DNA of 64,000 nt from Podarcis pityusensis (Eukaryota). Under the pieces are notes generated by a model. That model did not search any database. It had not been told where the DNA came from and saw only the letters and a list, made by a program, of their open reading frames with translations. The DNA lies in NCBI GenBank assembly GCA_964106645.2, contig OZ067040.1; one strand, 5' to 3'. Positions 27,150-38,628 of the stretch are shown here, in pieces (the first letter of the stretch is position 1; each line of letters begins with the position of its first letter). Position numbers and translations under genes: made by a program.

Positions 27150-27521
27150 NNNNNNNNNNNNNNNNNNNNNNNNNNNNNNNNNNNNNNNNNNNNNNNNNNN
27201 NNNNNNNNNNNNNNNNNNNNNNNNNNNNNNNNNNNNNNNNNNNNNNNNNNNNNNNNNNNNNNNNNNNNNNNNNNNNNNNNNNNNNNNNNNNNNNNNNNNN
27301 NNNNNNNNNNNNNNNNNNNNNNNNNNNNNNNNNNNNNNNNNNNNNNNNNNNTTTTGCTTTACANNNNNNNNNNNNNNNNNNNNNNNNNNNNNNNNNNNNN
27401 NNNNNNNNNNNNNNNNNNNNNNNNNNNNNNNNNNNNNNNNNNNNNNNNNNNNNNNNNNNNNNNNNNNNNNNNNNNNNNNNNNNNNNNNNNNNNNNNNNNN
27501 NNNNNNNNNNNNNNNNNNNNN
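27150..27521. other. Two N blocks (27150-27351, 202 nt; 27364-27521, 158 nt) separated by 12 called bases, inside the HIVEP2 3'UTR
   Basis: Directly visible in the sequence. Confidence 0.99.
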
Positions 27522-27725
27522 ACCAGACCCAATAAGAACTTTGAAATTTCGTTTTGGTCAGGCTCATGATGACTCGTAGTTTTACTCAATTCTTTTGATA
27601 TAACAAAAGTATATATAATAGCAAACTACTGTAACTTAGAACCGGCATGCTATAAAGATGAATACTTCCTTCTATCACTAGGGGAAGGGAGTCGGGGGTC
27701 GGAGTAAACACATGTATTAAAGTCT

Positions 27726-28556
27726 TCACACATTTTCGGATCGCTGTGGGTTGCTTTTTTCGGAGGGTGGTTCTCTTCTTTCCGGTGTGCTTGATGGGGA
27801 ATCTTGCTTACTAAGATAGCCTAACTGTCTGACATCCGCACTGCTTTTGCTGTAAAAGGTGGAATGAGATAACGCAGTCTGTGATGTACCAAAAAAGTCC
27901 TTTTCGCCACTGTGCAAGTCAGGGGAGGTGGCTGAGGCACAGATCTGACCTGGCTCGGAGCCACTAAAGTGTTTAATGCTAAAATGTGCACTTTCCGAGG
28001 GTTTCTGCGGAGGCTCAGAATCCCTCTGCGACTGCTCTGTCCCGTGTAGGCCTTCCTCGGCTGCGATTCGGAGAGAAGCTATGGCTTTTGTACAAGTCTG
28101 TATGTTTTCCTCCTGCTCCCTCTCGACGACGCCGTCTTCCGAAGTGCTTTGTTGCAGCAGCAGCAGCTGAGAAGGCGATGCGGCGCCTTGAGCTGCGGTG
28201 TGCAGAGCGTGAGGGCAGGTGCGCTTCTCATGGTGCTTCAAAACAATGCACGATTCTTGAGCGATGGTTTCCGAAGCTGCCCTCTTCTTTTCACCAGAGC
28301 CCTCTTTGGGGAGGGACAAGATGGACGGAGGGTGTAAACCTGAAAGGGCTGCAGGTACCGAGTGGACCATTTGGATGCCGCCAATGGGCATCATTGGGAT
28401 GGGGGCGCGAAGCTGCTGCTGAGAGTGTAGTGGGAGGTGGCTGAAGACATAGTCAGTAGGACCCTCAGGGAACAGGCTAGATCCGTGATGCTCCAGAAGT
28501 CCCTTTTCCCCAGAAATATTGAAATAAGGTCCCTGGAACAATCCTGGTATTGAACT
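27726..28556 (-). CDS. HIVEP2: HIVEP2 terminal coding exon (831 nt including TGA)
   Basis: ORF 27726..28580 contains [31 protein letters not shown] and [17 protein letters not shown], conserved HIVEP C-terminal motifs. Acceptor tttctctgcttgcag|AGT at 28557/28556; stop at 27728-27726. Confidence 0.94.
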   Translation of the reverse strand, partial: SSIPGLFQGPYFNISGEKGLLEHHGSSLFPEGPTDYVFSHLPLHSQQQLRAPIPMMPIGGIQMVHSVPAALSGLHPPSILSLPKEGSGEKKRAASETIAQESCIVLKHHEKRTCPHALHTAAQGAASPSQLLLLQQSTSEDGVVEREQEENIQTCTKAIASLRIAAEEGLHGTEQSQRDSEPPQKPSESAHFSIKHFSGSEPGQICASATSPDLHSGEKDFFGTSQTALSHSTFYSKSSADVRQLGYLSKQDSPSSTPERREPPSEKSNPQRSENV

Positions 28557-29413
28557 CTGCAAGCAGAGAAAGATTTTCACAATTAGCAGCAGCTATCGCA
28601 AGACTAGCAAATCTGTTCTACAATGCTACCTCTGGTTCAGCAAAATGTGTCATTAAAGAACAAGAGGTAACGTGCAAGAGACATTGTGGCTACAAAACCT
28701 TGCCACTCTGCCATCTAGAGCAAATTGCCACAACTATAAGATGCTCCGCAGAGCAAATACTATAATTGATGCCCTCTTTATACATTTTAAATTCACTTTC
28801 CGAAATATCACACACAAAGGCTAGGCTTATAAACAAATGTCAATAGCTCAGACACATGTGAAAGCAATGTTGATAGATCTGCAGAAACACAGACATCTCC
28901 CCTATTCTTTGTTTTCCTCTATTTGTCAGTTCTTGTAATGTAATATTGAGAAGGAGGAGGAAAACAGCTGAGGCCAAAATAGTCGACTGGTTAATTAGAG
29001 GCAATGCACCCCTTTCCTTTATGTGACAGTAACAATGGTGATTGGTTTTCAGTTGTTGCCTTCTTCTTCCCCCCTAAGATAACTGAAGGCAATAATATTT
29101 AGGTCTGTGGGAGTGCTTAAATGCATCAGGAAGCCCATTCAATGGTTCAAAAATTGCTACTCTTGTGCGTCCAATTCAATTCTTTGCATCCACAGGGAAT
29201 AATCCTAATTGTGGAGAACAAAACAGACAGAAGATAGAAGGGCAGCTGTACTAGCTTGTTCTAGGAAGGATCTTGAGAGTTTATCTCCTGGTTTGCCCTT
29301 CCTGGGACCCTTTCTTGAGAAGCAGGGGGTGAGGAAGTTAATCTCAATCAGCCATTGCCAACCTGCTGTCCTCCAGGTTGCAGGTTTGATCTCCGTAAGG
29401 GAAAGCTACATAT

Positions 29414-29471
29414 TCCTGCATTACAGGGGTTGGAGATGATCATAAGGGCCCCTTCCAACTCTATGATTCTA
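29414..29471 (+). mobile_element. CR1 extreme 3' end
   Basis: ggggttggagatgatc...ccccttccaactctatgattcta, the CR1 hairpin and octamer tail. Confidence 0.7.
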
Positions 29472-29967
29472 GAGTTCAGATCCAATGATGTTTTGGACTA
29501 CAACTCATCTTCAATGTTCTTTCCAGACAAAAGCCAGCAAGTCAAGGCACACTGAACCTTCATTTGCCTATATACATGGATGTTTTTTCTGGTATTTGCC
29601 GATGGAAAGAACGATAAGGTCTAGAGTCATTTTAACATGGGACACGGGAGAAGGGTTTTTTGGGGGGGAACTATTCAGCTCCCAACAATTGCAACAGGAC
29701 TACCAGGATGCTGTTAAAGGGACCCCTGTTGATCCTTCCATTAGTTGTCTCTGCCACATGGTTTTCGGCACTCACTGTGGCCTGCCAGTGACTCTTCCAT
29801 AAGGTTCTGTTGTACAAATCACTGCCCCTTTCATCCATTGTACCTCTGACTAGAATACATAACACAACTCTGCTTTATGCTTTGCTTATGCCAACCACTC
29901 ATAGTTACAGAACACTATCAGATAAATGAAGTTCACATTTTGGATTACCATGTTCTTTTCAACTCAC

Positions 29968-30863
29968 CGACTGTCCCAATGGAACTGACTCCGACTGCAA
30001 ATACTGGCCCATGGGCAACGTTGGGTTATGGTACAACCCTCTTCGGGGTGATGCTGCTCTAACTGAGGCCATATACCTTCTCTCTCTTCGTGGAGACAGA
30101 TCTCTTCGGGAGGATGCATCTTTTCCAGGTGACATGGGTCTCCTTGGTGATAGATGGCGTCTTGGTGACACATCTCTCCGTGGTGATAACTCTCTCCTCA
30201 GTACAGCTTCCTTCCTCGGTGATACGTGTCTGATGGGCGAAATCTCTCTCCTTGGTGATAAATGCCTTCTAGGTGACAAATCTCCTTTGGGCATCAAATA
30301 CCTCTTTGGCGAATTATCTCTGTACGGTGAAGAATCATACCCAGGTGAGGACTGTCGGCTGGAAGATGAAAAGTCTCTAGGAGAGTTGGACTCCAAAGAA
30401 ACAATGTAGTCTTCATCCATGCAGCAAGGTATGTCAAGTCTATCTTTGTCCGGTTCTGAATCTGTACTTTTGTTCTGGAAAAACCTCTGATATTCTGTCA
30501 TCTGTGAATCATCACAAATGTCACTTTGTGTGAGGAGCTGAGTAACCTGAATGCTTGGTAAAGTGACCAGATAACTTATCAAGGATGAATGTCCCACTGA
30601 ACTGTCAGGAGAACCCCCATAGGATGCTGTAGCAGCATTCACAGACGAGGAGAACCTTGGGGGTTGGGGGCTAGTGCTTCGGGATCTTGTTTTGGGTGTT
30701 GAATCTCCAAGGGTGTCATCAAAATCATCCTCGTCTTCATCATCATCATCATTGTCCTCTCCATCATCTCCATCCGATTCCTCAGCATCAGAGAACTGGT
30801 GCTCTGTTGACGAGCCACCCATGCTGCTCTTCTTGACTTCGTGTTGTGTGTCATCCATATTTT
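29968..30863 (-). CDS. HIVEP2: HIVEP2 coding exon 5 (896 nt): acidic tract and SPRR/SPxK repeat region
   Basis: ORF 29959..30858 has the [22 protein letters not shown] acidic run and xxSPRR repeats. Acceptor gtttcag|AA at 30864/30863; donor TCG|gtgagt at 29968/29967. Confidence 0.95.
30040..30320 (-). repeat. Coding 18-bp tandem repeat encoding xxSPRR units
   Basis: Recurrent tcacca(c/a)ggaga units: [24 protein letters not shown] ... [36 protein letters not shown]. Confidence 0.9.
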
Positions 30864-31710
30864 CTGAAACAATTGTGACAAGTCAAAAGAGCCTAAGTCA
30901 GAGACATACTTCCAGACTTGACCATACAGCTTTCCCACACACAAAGCAGCTGTCACAATCAAGCACTAAAATACCATTGTTTTCTATGGCTCTCTAAAAC
31001 TTCTGCAGGGTAGCATGAGAACCCAAGTCACATGGTGACTGGTTGGGGTTTGACAAAATAGCACTTACAGGGTCTTGAAAGGCTACACACCTGGGAGTAA
31101 CTCTCAGTGAACTCAGTGGGACTTACTTCCAAGTAGACATGTTTAGGATTGCACAGTTAGACAATCTGAGCTTGGCATCTCAAGTCTTTACCTATTAAAG
31201 ATTTACTCTGTAAGCATGAGGCCTAAATTAAGATTTTCCCTCCCAACAGATTTAGGAACTAGGATTCTCAAGTGCCCAAGGATGTATCAAACTGACAGGA
31301 GTATAATCTGGATTCTGCAGTTTGCAGAAAAATTCTGCCCATTATCACCTTGTACATACAGCTTGGACAGGTCTCATACAGCTTGCGAGGTACAGAATGT
31401 TTTCACGCTAATTGGGAATGTGTTTGCATGTCAACCTTTAAGAATATTCTGCGTGCTACAACCAACGTTTATACTCCATTCGGGATGGGGAGGGGGCAGG
31501 GAAGCCATTTTCAGAATCAATGAAACCCTACACTCTGTAAGCCTCAGACAAAAATGTCAAAATTGTTTCGACGCTTTGTGTTGACATGAGAAAATTGGGG
31601 GGGGGGGGGAATTCTTAACACATCCTCTCTTGTCAGCAAGTGATAAAATGTGATGCATCATTTGCATACTGCAAAGGCCACAGCAAGTCACTGAACTCAT
31701 TGTGACATAC

Positions 31711-31812
31711 CTGCTTCTTCTGTTTCAGCATCATCCACCGATGTCATAGATACCCCCAGCTCCAGGCATTTTTTCATGTGTGCTTTAGATTTCATATGTT
31801 TTGTCAGATTTC
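31711..31812 (-). CDS. HIVEP2: HIVEP2 coding exon 4 (102 nt): (G)[33 protein letters not shown]
   Basis: Completes the fourth C2H2 finger. Acceptor ctttccacag|GA, donor CAG|gtatgt, phase 1 on both sides. Confidence 0.96.
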
Positions 31813-32599
31813 CTGTGGAAAGATGACACTAATTAGATGGCACTGGGGATGGGGAAACTTGTTGGCGTTATGCAGTCTCCCCCCCCCCCAACTAGACAGA
31901 GAACAAATAAACTGGACAGACAGATGGAACATATCCACTCAATTTGAAATCCATTGTAGCAAGAGTAATTGCATATACAGTATTTGCATGTATATTCTTA
32001 GGTGCTGGTATTCTTAGTCCTGGTGCTCAGGAATGTTTAGCCTATCTTCTTTTTACTGTGCTGCTCAGACAACCCTAATACTTCGATCGTGTTTAGCATC
32101 ATCCTTACAATCCGTTGGTGATTAGCCAATGCAAACATGCTGGGAAGGATTGCCACTCAGTTGTTTGCATCGGATACTAATACAAGGCCCCAAAACAGGG
32201 CCTTTAAAAGACAAAGCACCAAGGGACAATCTAGGAATGATTTAAGTCCAGACTGGGGTGAATTCTGATGCTGCCTTTCCACGTGCAGAATGGCTTTTAA
32301 TTCTGCAAAGGTAATATAAGAGAAGGGAAGGCGATTTTTGTCCCTCTTTCCCCTGCAGATCCTCCTCAACTTCTGAAAATTAGTTTCCAGATGGTTGTGT
32401 GACTTTCCAGAATAATGTGGCAGAAGGTGACACAGTGGGCTGCAGAAGTTTCTAAGATGGTTACTTCCCTTTCAGTTGTGTTAGGGGATGCCTCTGCTGA
32501 ATCAAAGTCACTCTGCAAGCAGAACAGCAGCACTGATTTTCAGCCCCTATCTTCTAGCTATGGTGGCTGAAATACAATTCAGGAAGAGACTTGGGGAGT

Positions 32600-32767
32600 C
32601 TCTTATGATCACACAAGCTTTTGTGGACAAAAGTGGGCTTCATCACACACTTCACTTCTACAGACTCACGAAACCTTACACAATAATGACTCGATATGCT
32701 TAGAAGTGCCACAAGAGCTGTCGCTGATTCTGCCGCAACAGACTAGCACAGCCACCCCTTTGCAATT
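32600..32767. mobile_element. Penelope-like pseudo-LTR relic with inverted hammerhead-type segments
   Basis: agcttttgtggac...gcttcatca (reverse of tgatgaag...cacaaaagct), then ctcacgaaacctta...gtgccacaaga...gcaacagactagcacagccacccct. Confidence 0.6.
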
Positions 32768-34097
32768 TGTTACTGAAATACAATCCATAACCATATTTGC
32801 CTGAGAATTTGAGTGCACAAAGAATTATATTAGGTTTTTTTTTTCAGCCTCACCTCGGTTCTTCGTTGTCATGGGTAACGCCTCAAAAATGTACAGCCAG
32901 AATTTAGGTAGCATTTAGAGTTTTAGCGTGCTATTCATTTTTGTTTATTTATTTTGCAATCTACCCAAAGTAGATGCAATATAGAGAGCATTTATTTATT
33001 TGGAGCTGTGAGGCCTATATTGGAAAGTTAGGGCATAAGTACAATTAATTTAATAAAATGAATGATGGAAGCCAGGTCTTGGTCAGCCCCAGCTGCGGCA
33101 GTGTTAAATAAATTATTGGCTGCTGCAGCAGCTACTGTCTCCATCAAGAAACACAGCAGCCTCCCAAACACACATGTACTTCTGAAGGGCAATGTTCCTG
33201 ACTGCAAACTATCCACCATCTTTGAATCGTAAGGTGATTATGAGAGTTGGAGCCCAGAGACATCTACCAGGGCCACCAAAGCAGCTACTGTCATATTACA
33301 GCTGCAAAACCGGCAAGGACCTGCATCTTTCATGCAATACGTGCACACACACTAGAACATCACCATGGCTAAGAGGTACATCAGAAGCAGGGCTTGGCCA
33401 AGATTTAGGGAATGTAAACAATAAAAGAAAATGCCAGTGAAATATCCCTTTAGGATCTGGTTCCATGGGAAATTCTGCGCCAATGAGTACTGCTATATGT
33501 AATGCCTCAGGCTGACAAATGGAAGTTTCTCTACCACCACCCCCTCTCTTGAGCTGGTAAGTACATGTGAACACAAGCTATCAGATCTCAATCCATAATT
33601 AATACCACTGTGGATGGAGTGGCCCACCTGGAGTCTGTGGATTTCTGCATTATTTATCAATGTGAAACTGACCCACCATAAACGCAGATCAGGAATTCTC
33701 TGCCCTGCAGCTAATGTTCTGCTTCTGCAATGTGCCACTGCAAATGTACAATCCCCTAATGTAATTAATACTTGCACCATAACATTTGGAGCACAAAAGT
33801 AATGTTTGCCAAGGCAGTTTTTTTAAATTTTATGCCACTACATTTCCTTTGCAGACAGATGGGCTGGGCAGAAGCCCATATTTCTTAATTAAGTTATACA
33901 GAGTGGCTCTCCGTCTCACATAAATCCTTGAATCACTTAGATAAAGAGGGGAAAGTTGCATTTCAAGAGGTCTCGTTTTCATAAATAAAACCACCTTGCT
34001 TTAAGAAAACCACCTTTGCATTTGGAAAGATGGTTGGCAGAGAGCCAAGAACAGACCACCCCACCCCCACCGCCCCAGAGTAAGAACGACTAAGTAC

Positions 34098-34273
34098 CTT
34101 TTGTTTTGAAGGCAAAATTGCACAACTTGCATATATAAGGCCGTACGTCTGTATGAGTTCGGATATGTTTTTTGAGCATGCTTGGCTTCTTGCAGCGAAT
34201 CCCACATTCTTCACAAATGTACTTTCCACGCCCTCGTCCTCTGACATATACATAATCCTCGTTGGATTTATAC
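34098..34273 (-). CDS. HIVEP2: HIVEP2 coding exon 3 (176 nt): C-terminal zinc-finger pair [58 protein letters not shown]
   Basis: Manual translation (this frame is not in the ORF track). Acceptor ttcttccaacag|G, donor AAG|gtactt. Phases join correctly with both neighbours. Confidence 0.96.
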
Positions 34274-34614
34274 CTGTTGGAAGAAAGGCAATATCAAAAT
34301 GGTGCTTTTAAGCATCCAGATACACAGCCAGTACCTTACAGCAGCATCTTTAGTTTTAGGTCACATTGTGTGGCTACTACACATGGCTCCACTAAGAAAA
34401 TCAACAAGGTTTCTAAGCACTGAGCATTTGCAAGATAGGGAACCAAAAAATGCTACTCTCATGAAGCCTGGCACCAAAGCCCTCTGAAGAATGCACACTC
34501 TGTAGGGCTATCCTTCGGCTTGGCCTGGAAGCTCCAGCTGGTGTAGTACATGGTGGCTGGGCTGCTGATGGGAGCACGTGGCTGATGGCATATGACACCT
34601 CTGCTAAAACCTTT

Positions 34615-35015
34615 GCACAGGCTACCCATAACCTACCAGACCAGAGTCAAGGTTTTTGTGTTGCTATAAAAAGCCCTGAAAAAACATGGGTCTAGGGTCC
34701 ATTAAGGACCACCTGAGCCCTTATATCTCAGTTCGATCACTGAGATCATCAGGGAGAGTTTTGTTATGAAGGCCTGAGTGGCATTCACTAGAAGTGGGGC
34801 ATTTAGCGCCCCCAGGCCTATGCAGTGGAACACTCTTCCAGCATCCTTACTTTTGACTTTTAGGCATCTCTTGAAGACCTTTTTATGCTGCTGGGCTTGT
34901 GCAGTTGTATAAATTGATTTAGCCCATCACTTTTATTATCACGTGCATTTTTATGGTGTTTTACGTTTTATAGTTGTGCCTTACCTGGGTATTTTATGAG
35001 GGAGCAGTACAGAAA
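34615..35015 (+). mobile_element. Old L2 3' fragment in an HIVEP2 intron
   Basis: ggctacccata...caaggtttttgtgttgctataaaaagccctgaa...aaggaccacct, followed by a T-rich UTR. Confidence 0.5.
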
Positions 35016-37018
35016 TAACCAAGAGCCTTTACCTTCAAGACATTCACCAAAAGGGAGAATCTGATCTGACTCCTAAGTCAGGTGCTAGAATTGTAACTAT
35101 TTTTTTTTTAATCTTCATGATACGTATGTTATTTTTATTGTTGTACTAGCTAAGACCCCATCAGTATGATACTCTGAATTTTCCTTCTCCCATAAAATGT
35201 CACAGACTAACCTCCTTACTCTTAAAAAAACAACTCTACGTCTCTCCTATTTGCCTGAGCTGATTCTTTTGGATGGCACCGGATGATCTGCAGAATTCAG
35301 AACAGTGTCAACTGAGCTTACTAAATTAGTGAATTTCCTGAAAGATGGCTTCTGAAATCCTCTTGGCATTTGGAGTTGCAGGTCATGGAAAGCAAATTTT
35401 GCTATTCAAATGTCTTCATTTGAATCATGCTACCTATCAGTGGCTAATGCTGTTTGAATGATGATAACAAGACAGCTTGCATCAACCAGGCACACTAAGC
35501 GAGCTTGTAAAAGAATAAGCTCATTGCTGATATAGAAGTTTCCAGAAGATAAGTGAACTTCAAACCATAGTTTCAGAAGCTGCCTCCATCTTTAAGATTA
35601 ACCATTTCAATATTACATCCAAACCCTAAACTGTAGTTAATCTAAAATAGAAGCGAAATCTGCTCATGGCCATGCTGGAGAGAAGAGAAAAGGGGTAGCC
35701 TACAAGTCCCAGGCCCCCTGCTGCTTGTTCTTAATATGCTAAGCCATGTGAATCCTTCCATTTTAGTAAACCACAGTTAAGACTAACTACAGTTTCCTGG
35801 GTTTGGATGGTACAGCAAGCTGTAGCTAGTTTTTTAAAAATAGAGATATATGGATGCTTCAAAACTCCTCCTCATGGTTGTATTGGATGGGAAGGACAGA
35901 GCTGAGAACTGTTCTCATACATCTGAACTAGTTCAATATGCTTTATTTTAAAATATTTCTGAAGAACAAGGTGGGGGGAGTTAGTATTAAAATTTACTTG
36001 GGCAGTAATGGAGCAAAGACTTTTGTCTACAAGTTATCCTTTGAAATTGTATAAGGAAGTGTTTAAATAAGACACAGGGGGAGCTGGTGGGAAATGTGTT
36101 GACTGCAGTTAAAATAGTAGCAGCAGAACTGGAGAAATAATAGGAAGTTGTCTGTTGAGGAATGTCTTGGAAAATACCAAATACCAAAAAGCAAGCTGAC
36201 TGCTAGTGTACATATATGACTGGGAAGGGCAAATGTTGATGCTTAATTTAAAGCAATGCATCGTTTAATGTTTACTGGAATCAGAGTCAATCTATAGAGG
36301 AAATACATTCATGGATCTTGTCAACAGTTTAATGAATAGTACATATCAAGGGAAATCATAGGAGTTATTTGTTTATTAGCATGTGACCCTGCTCTTTTAC
36401 CTAAAGGGCATTCAGAATGCATTTAGTTCCATCTTCTTTGTTATGTTCTGTATGGTTGCTTTAACTCACTGGTAGCATGCATTTTTGCATTGTTTTGCCA
36501 TACAAATGTTTTATTGTAAGACCACTGTCTACCTAAATCCTTATTTATAAAGGCAAAAAGTAACTTACAAATGGCATATTTCAAAATTACAAAAGAATAA
36601 CTGGGATTCAAACAACCTCTAGATTTTTTTCCATAAGTCCAATCTAAAGAATTTTAGATTCCTTTTCATGACAGGGCAATTTCTCCCATCCTGTCAATGC
36701 CTGATAGTAGTTTCAAAAGTCAAAGGTGGTTGATGGCTCAACTATTTAAAGAAGAAGAAGGGGAAAAAACAAGAATTCCAGTGGATTTTTAATTCCTCGC
36801 CTTTACTCCCTTAATTCATGGTGCAATATCCCAATTTTCAGCAGTTGTCCAGCCAGGTAATGATGAGATCCAGACCTGTTTCACCTCAGTTCACTTGCCC
36901 CATCACATGGACTCAAGACCATGATATTGGACCTAGCACAAGCTGCTTGCATGAACCCTAAAAATCTGTTCTAAAAAATAACAGAACACACATGATATTT
37001 CCAAATGTATGTTCTTAC

Positions 37019-37173
37019 CCTCCTTCAAAAATCTTAATTCGCATTGGCTCAGTCTGTTTGGATACGATATCTTTATCACCATGGCTGTCTCCTTTAATTC
37101 TTTCCTTGATAACATTCCCCGCTACTTTCTTTTCAAACTTGCTGCCATATAGGAAGAACGGCTCCTGTTTCAT
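37019..37173 (-). CDS. HIVEP2: HIVEP2 coding exon 2 (155 nt): [12 protein letters not shown]...[11 protein letters not shown]
   Basis: Acceptor ttccatttcacag|ATG at 37174/37173; donor GG|gtaaga at 37019/37018. Contains the conserved [11 protein letters not shown] motif. 155 nt matches the human exon size as I recall it. Confidence 0.95.
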
Positions 37174-38628
37174 CTGTGAAATGGAAAAACAACAACACAG
37201 AGTCACTAATTGTTGTTAATGCTTGAAACTCGGAATCAATGCCACAAACGTAAACAGAGTAACTGCATTGTGTCATATTACTGTAAATGCTTTAGGACAT
37301 ACTTAGACCTTACATCATGCTCAGACTCAGAAAAGCCAATTAAACTGGCCCTTTGACTTTGTCAAGGAATAAACAAGATAGGCAAGAGGCAGCAGAGGAA
37401 AGTTTTTGAAGTGCCCAGGGATGCTGTAAGCACAACACCACATCATGCCGCCATATAAACACAAAAAAGGAAAGATAAAGAAGACTTACTAGGCGATCAA
37501 AATCTGTCCACTGCTAGCACTGGGATTTCAAGGCACAGTCTGCTCAAAGCCATCTGGCCCATCGGGGTTGGTGTGGTTAAGACACACTAGTTTCTCTGCC
37601 TACAGTTCAAAAGGCAGTGATGTGGCAACAACCCATGTCCATCTGCCTTTGATCTCCCCAACCCAAAGCATTAGGTACTCATTCATAGCTGAGACATAAA
37701 TCCACAACTTCTTGGGAAACAACCATGTGCTCTAACTAGGAGGAATAGTATAGTCATGTCAGGGCTGGAAATATCCTGGGCCATTCCACATTTGATGCTA
37801 GAGCCTCATTATCTAATTTATTTGGGCTTTTAAAGGATTGTCACCTACAATGTTTTGGTTTGTTTTTTAAAAAAGGCTGGTGCCTTGAGCTGGACATGTT
37901 TTTCCAGCCATAGTCGATAGCTTCAAAGTTTCTAAAGCCCATGACTAGGACATGCAGATTTATCTTTCATACAGCATTAACTTTTGGCAACAACCTAGAA
38001 GCTCCTGTCTAATTTTCATTTATTCATATTTTAACCAAGAGGTATTAAAAACACTGGAGAAAATGAACATGGAAACTAGGGCCTCCAAAGTTGTTGTCTA
38101 GATTTACCAGTTTTTCAAAGCCATGAATTTTATCCGAAGGCACCATGATATACAAAGAGACAACAGTGTTAAAAAAAAATAAACAGAGGCCACATCTCTC
38201 TCTCAGAGTATGAGGCACTTATATAGGTTCGTTGCATTCTGGTTAGAAGATGATCTATAATAAGTACATCTTCTGACACATTCTGAAATACCAGATGTAC
38301 TCATTTTTTCTGATTTTTATGCTTTATAACAAGCCAGTTTTAATGGCTCTCTCCCTCTCTCCAAGGGAGCGGCTTTGGAACAATTTCTGAATATACTTGG
38401 AAAGTGTTGAAATCGTTCAGGGGTGAGATCCATGTCCAGGATGCCACATCCGTGTTTGCTCCTGCTTCCTGAGAAATCCCCTCAGAATTTGCATTCCAAA
38501 GAAAGGTATTCATTACTCTAGAGGAACTATTCCAAAAGCATTACACTGAAAAGACTTGAAAGCATCTCGGTTTGCTGTATACTGTTAGGTCTAAAAAAAG
38601 GGTGAATCTTTAAGAATTGGTTAGTTAC

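Noticed and set aside
27070-27589. ORFs rich in X
   Set aside because: Artefacts of translating the N blocks.
38527-38628. C-terminal [12 protein letters not shown]... of the 1759-aa ORF
   Set aside because: It lies past the CAG|gtaact donor, so it is intronic in the main isoform.
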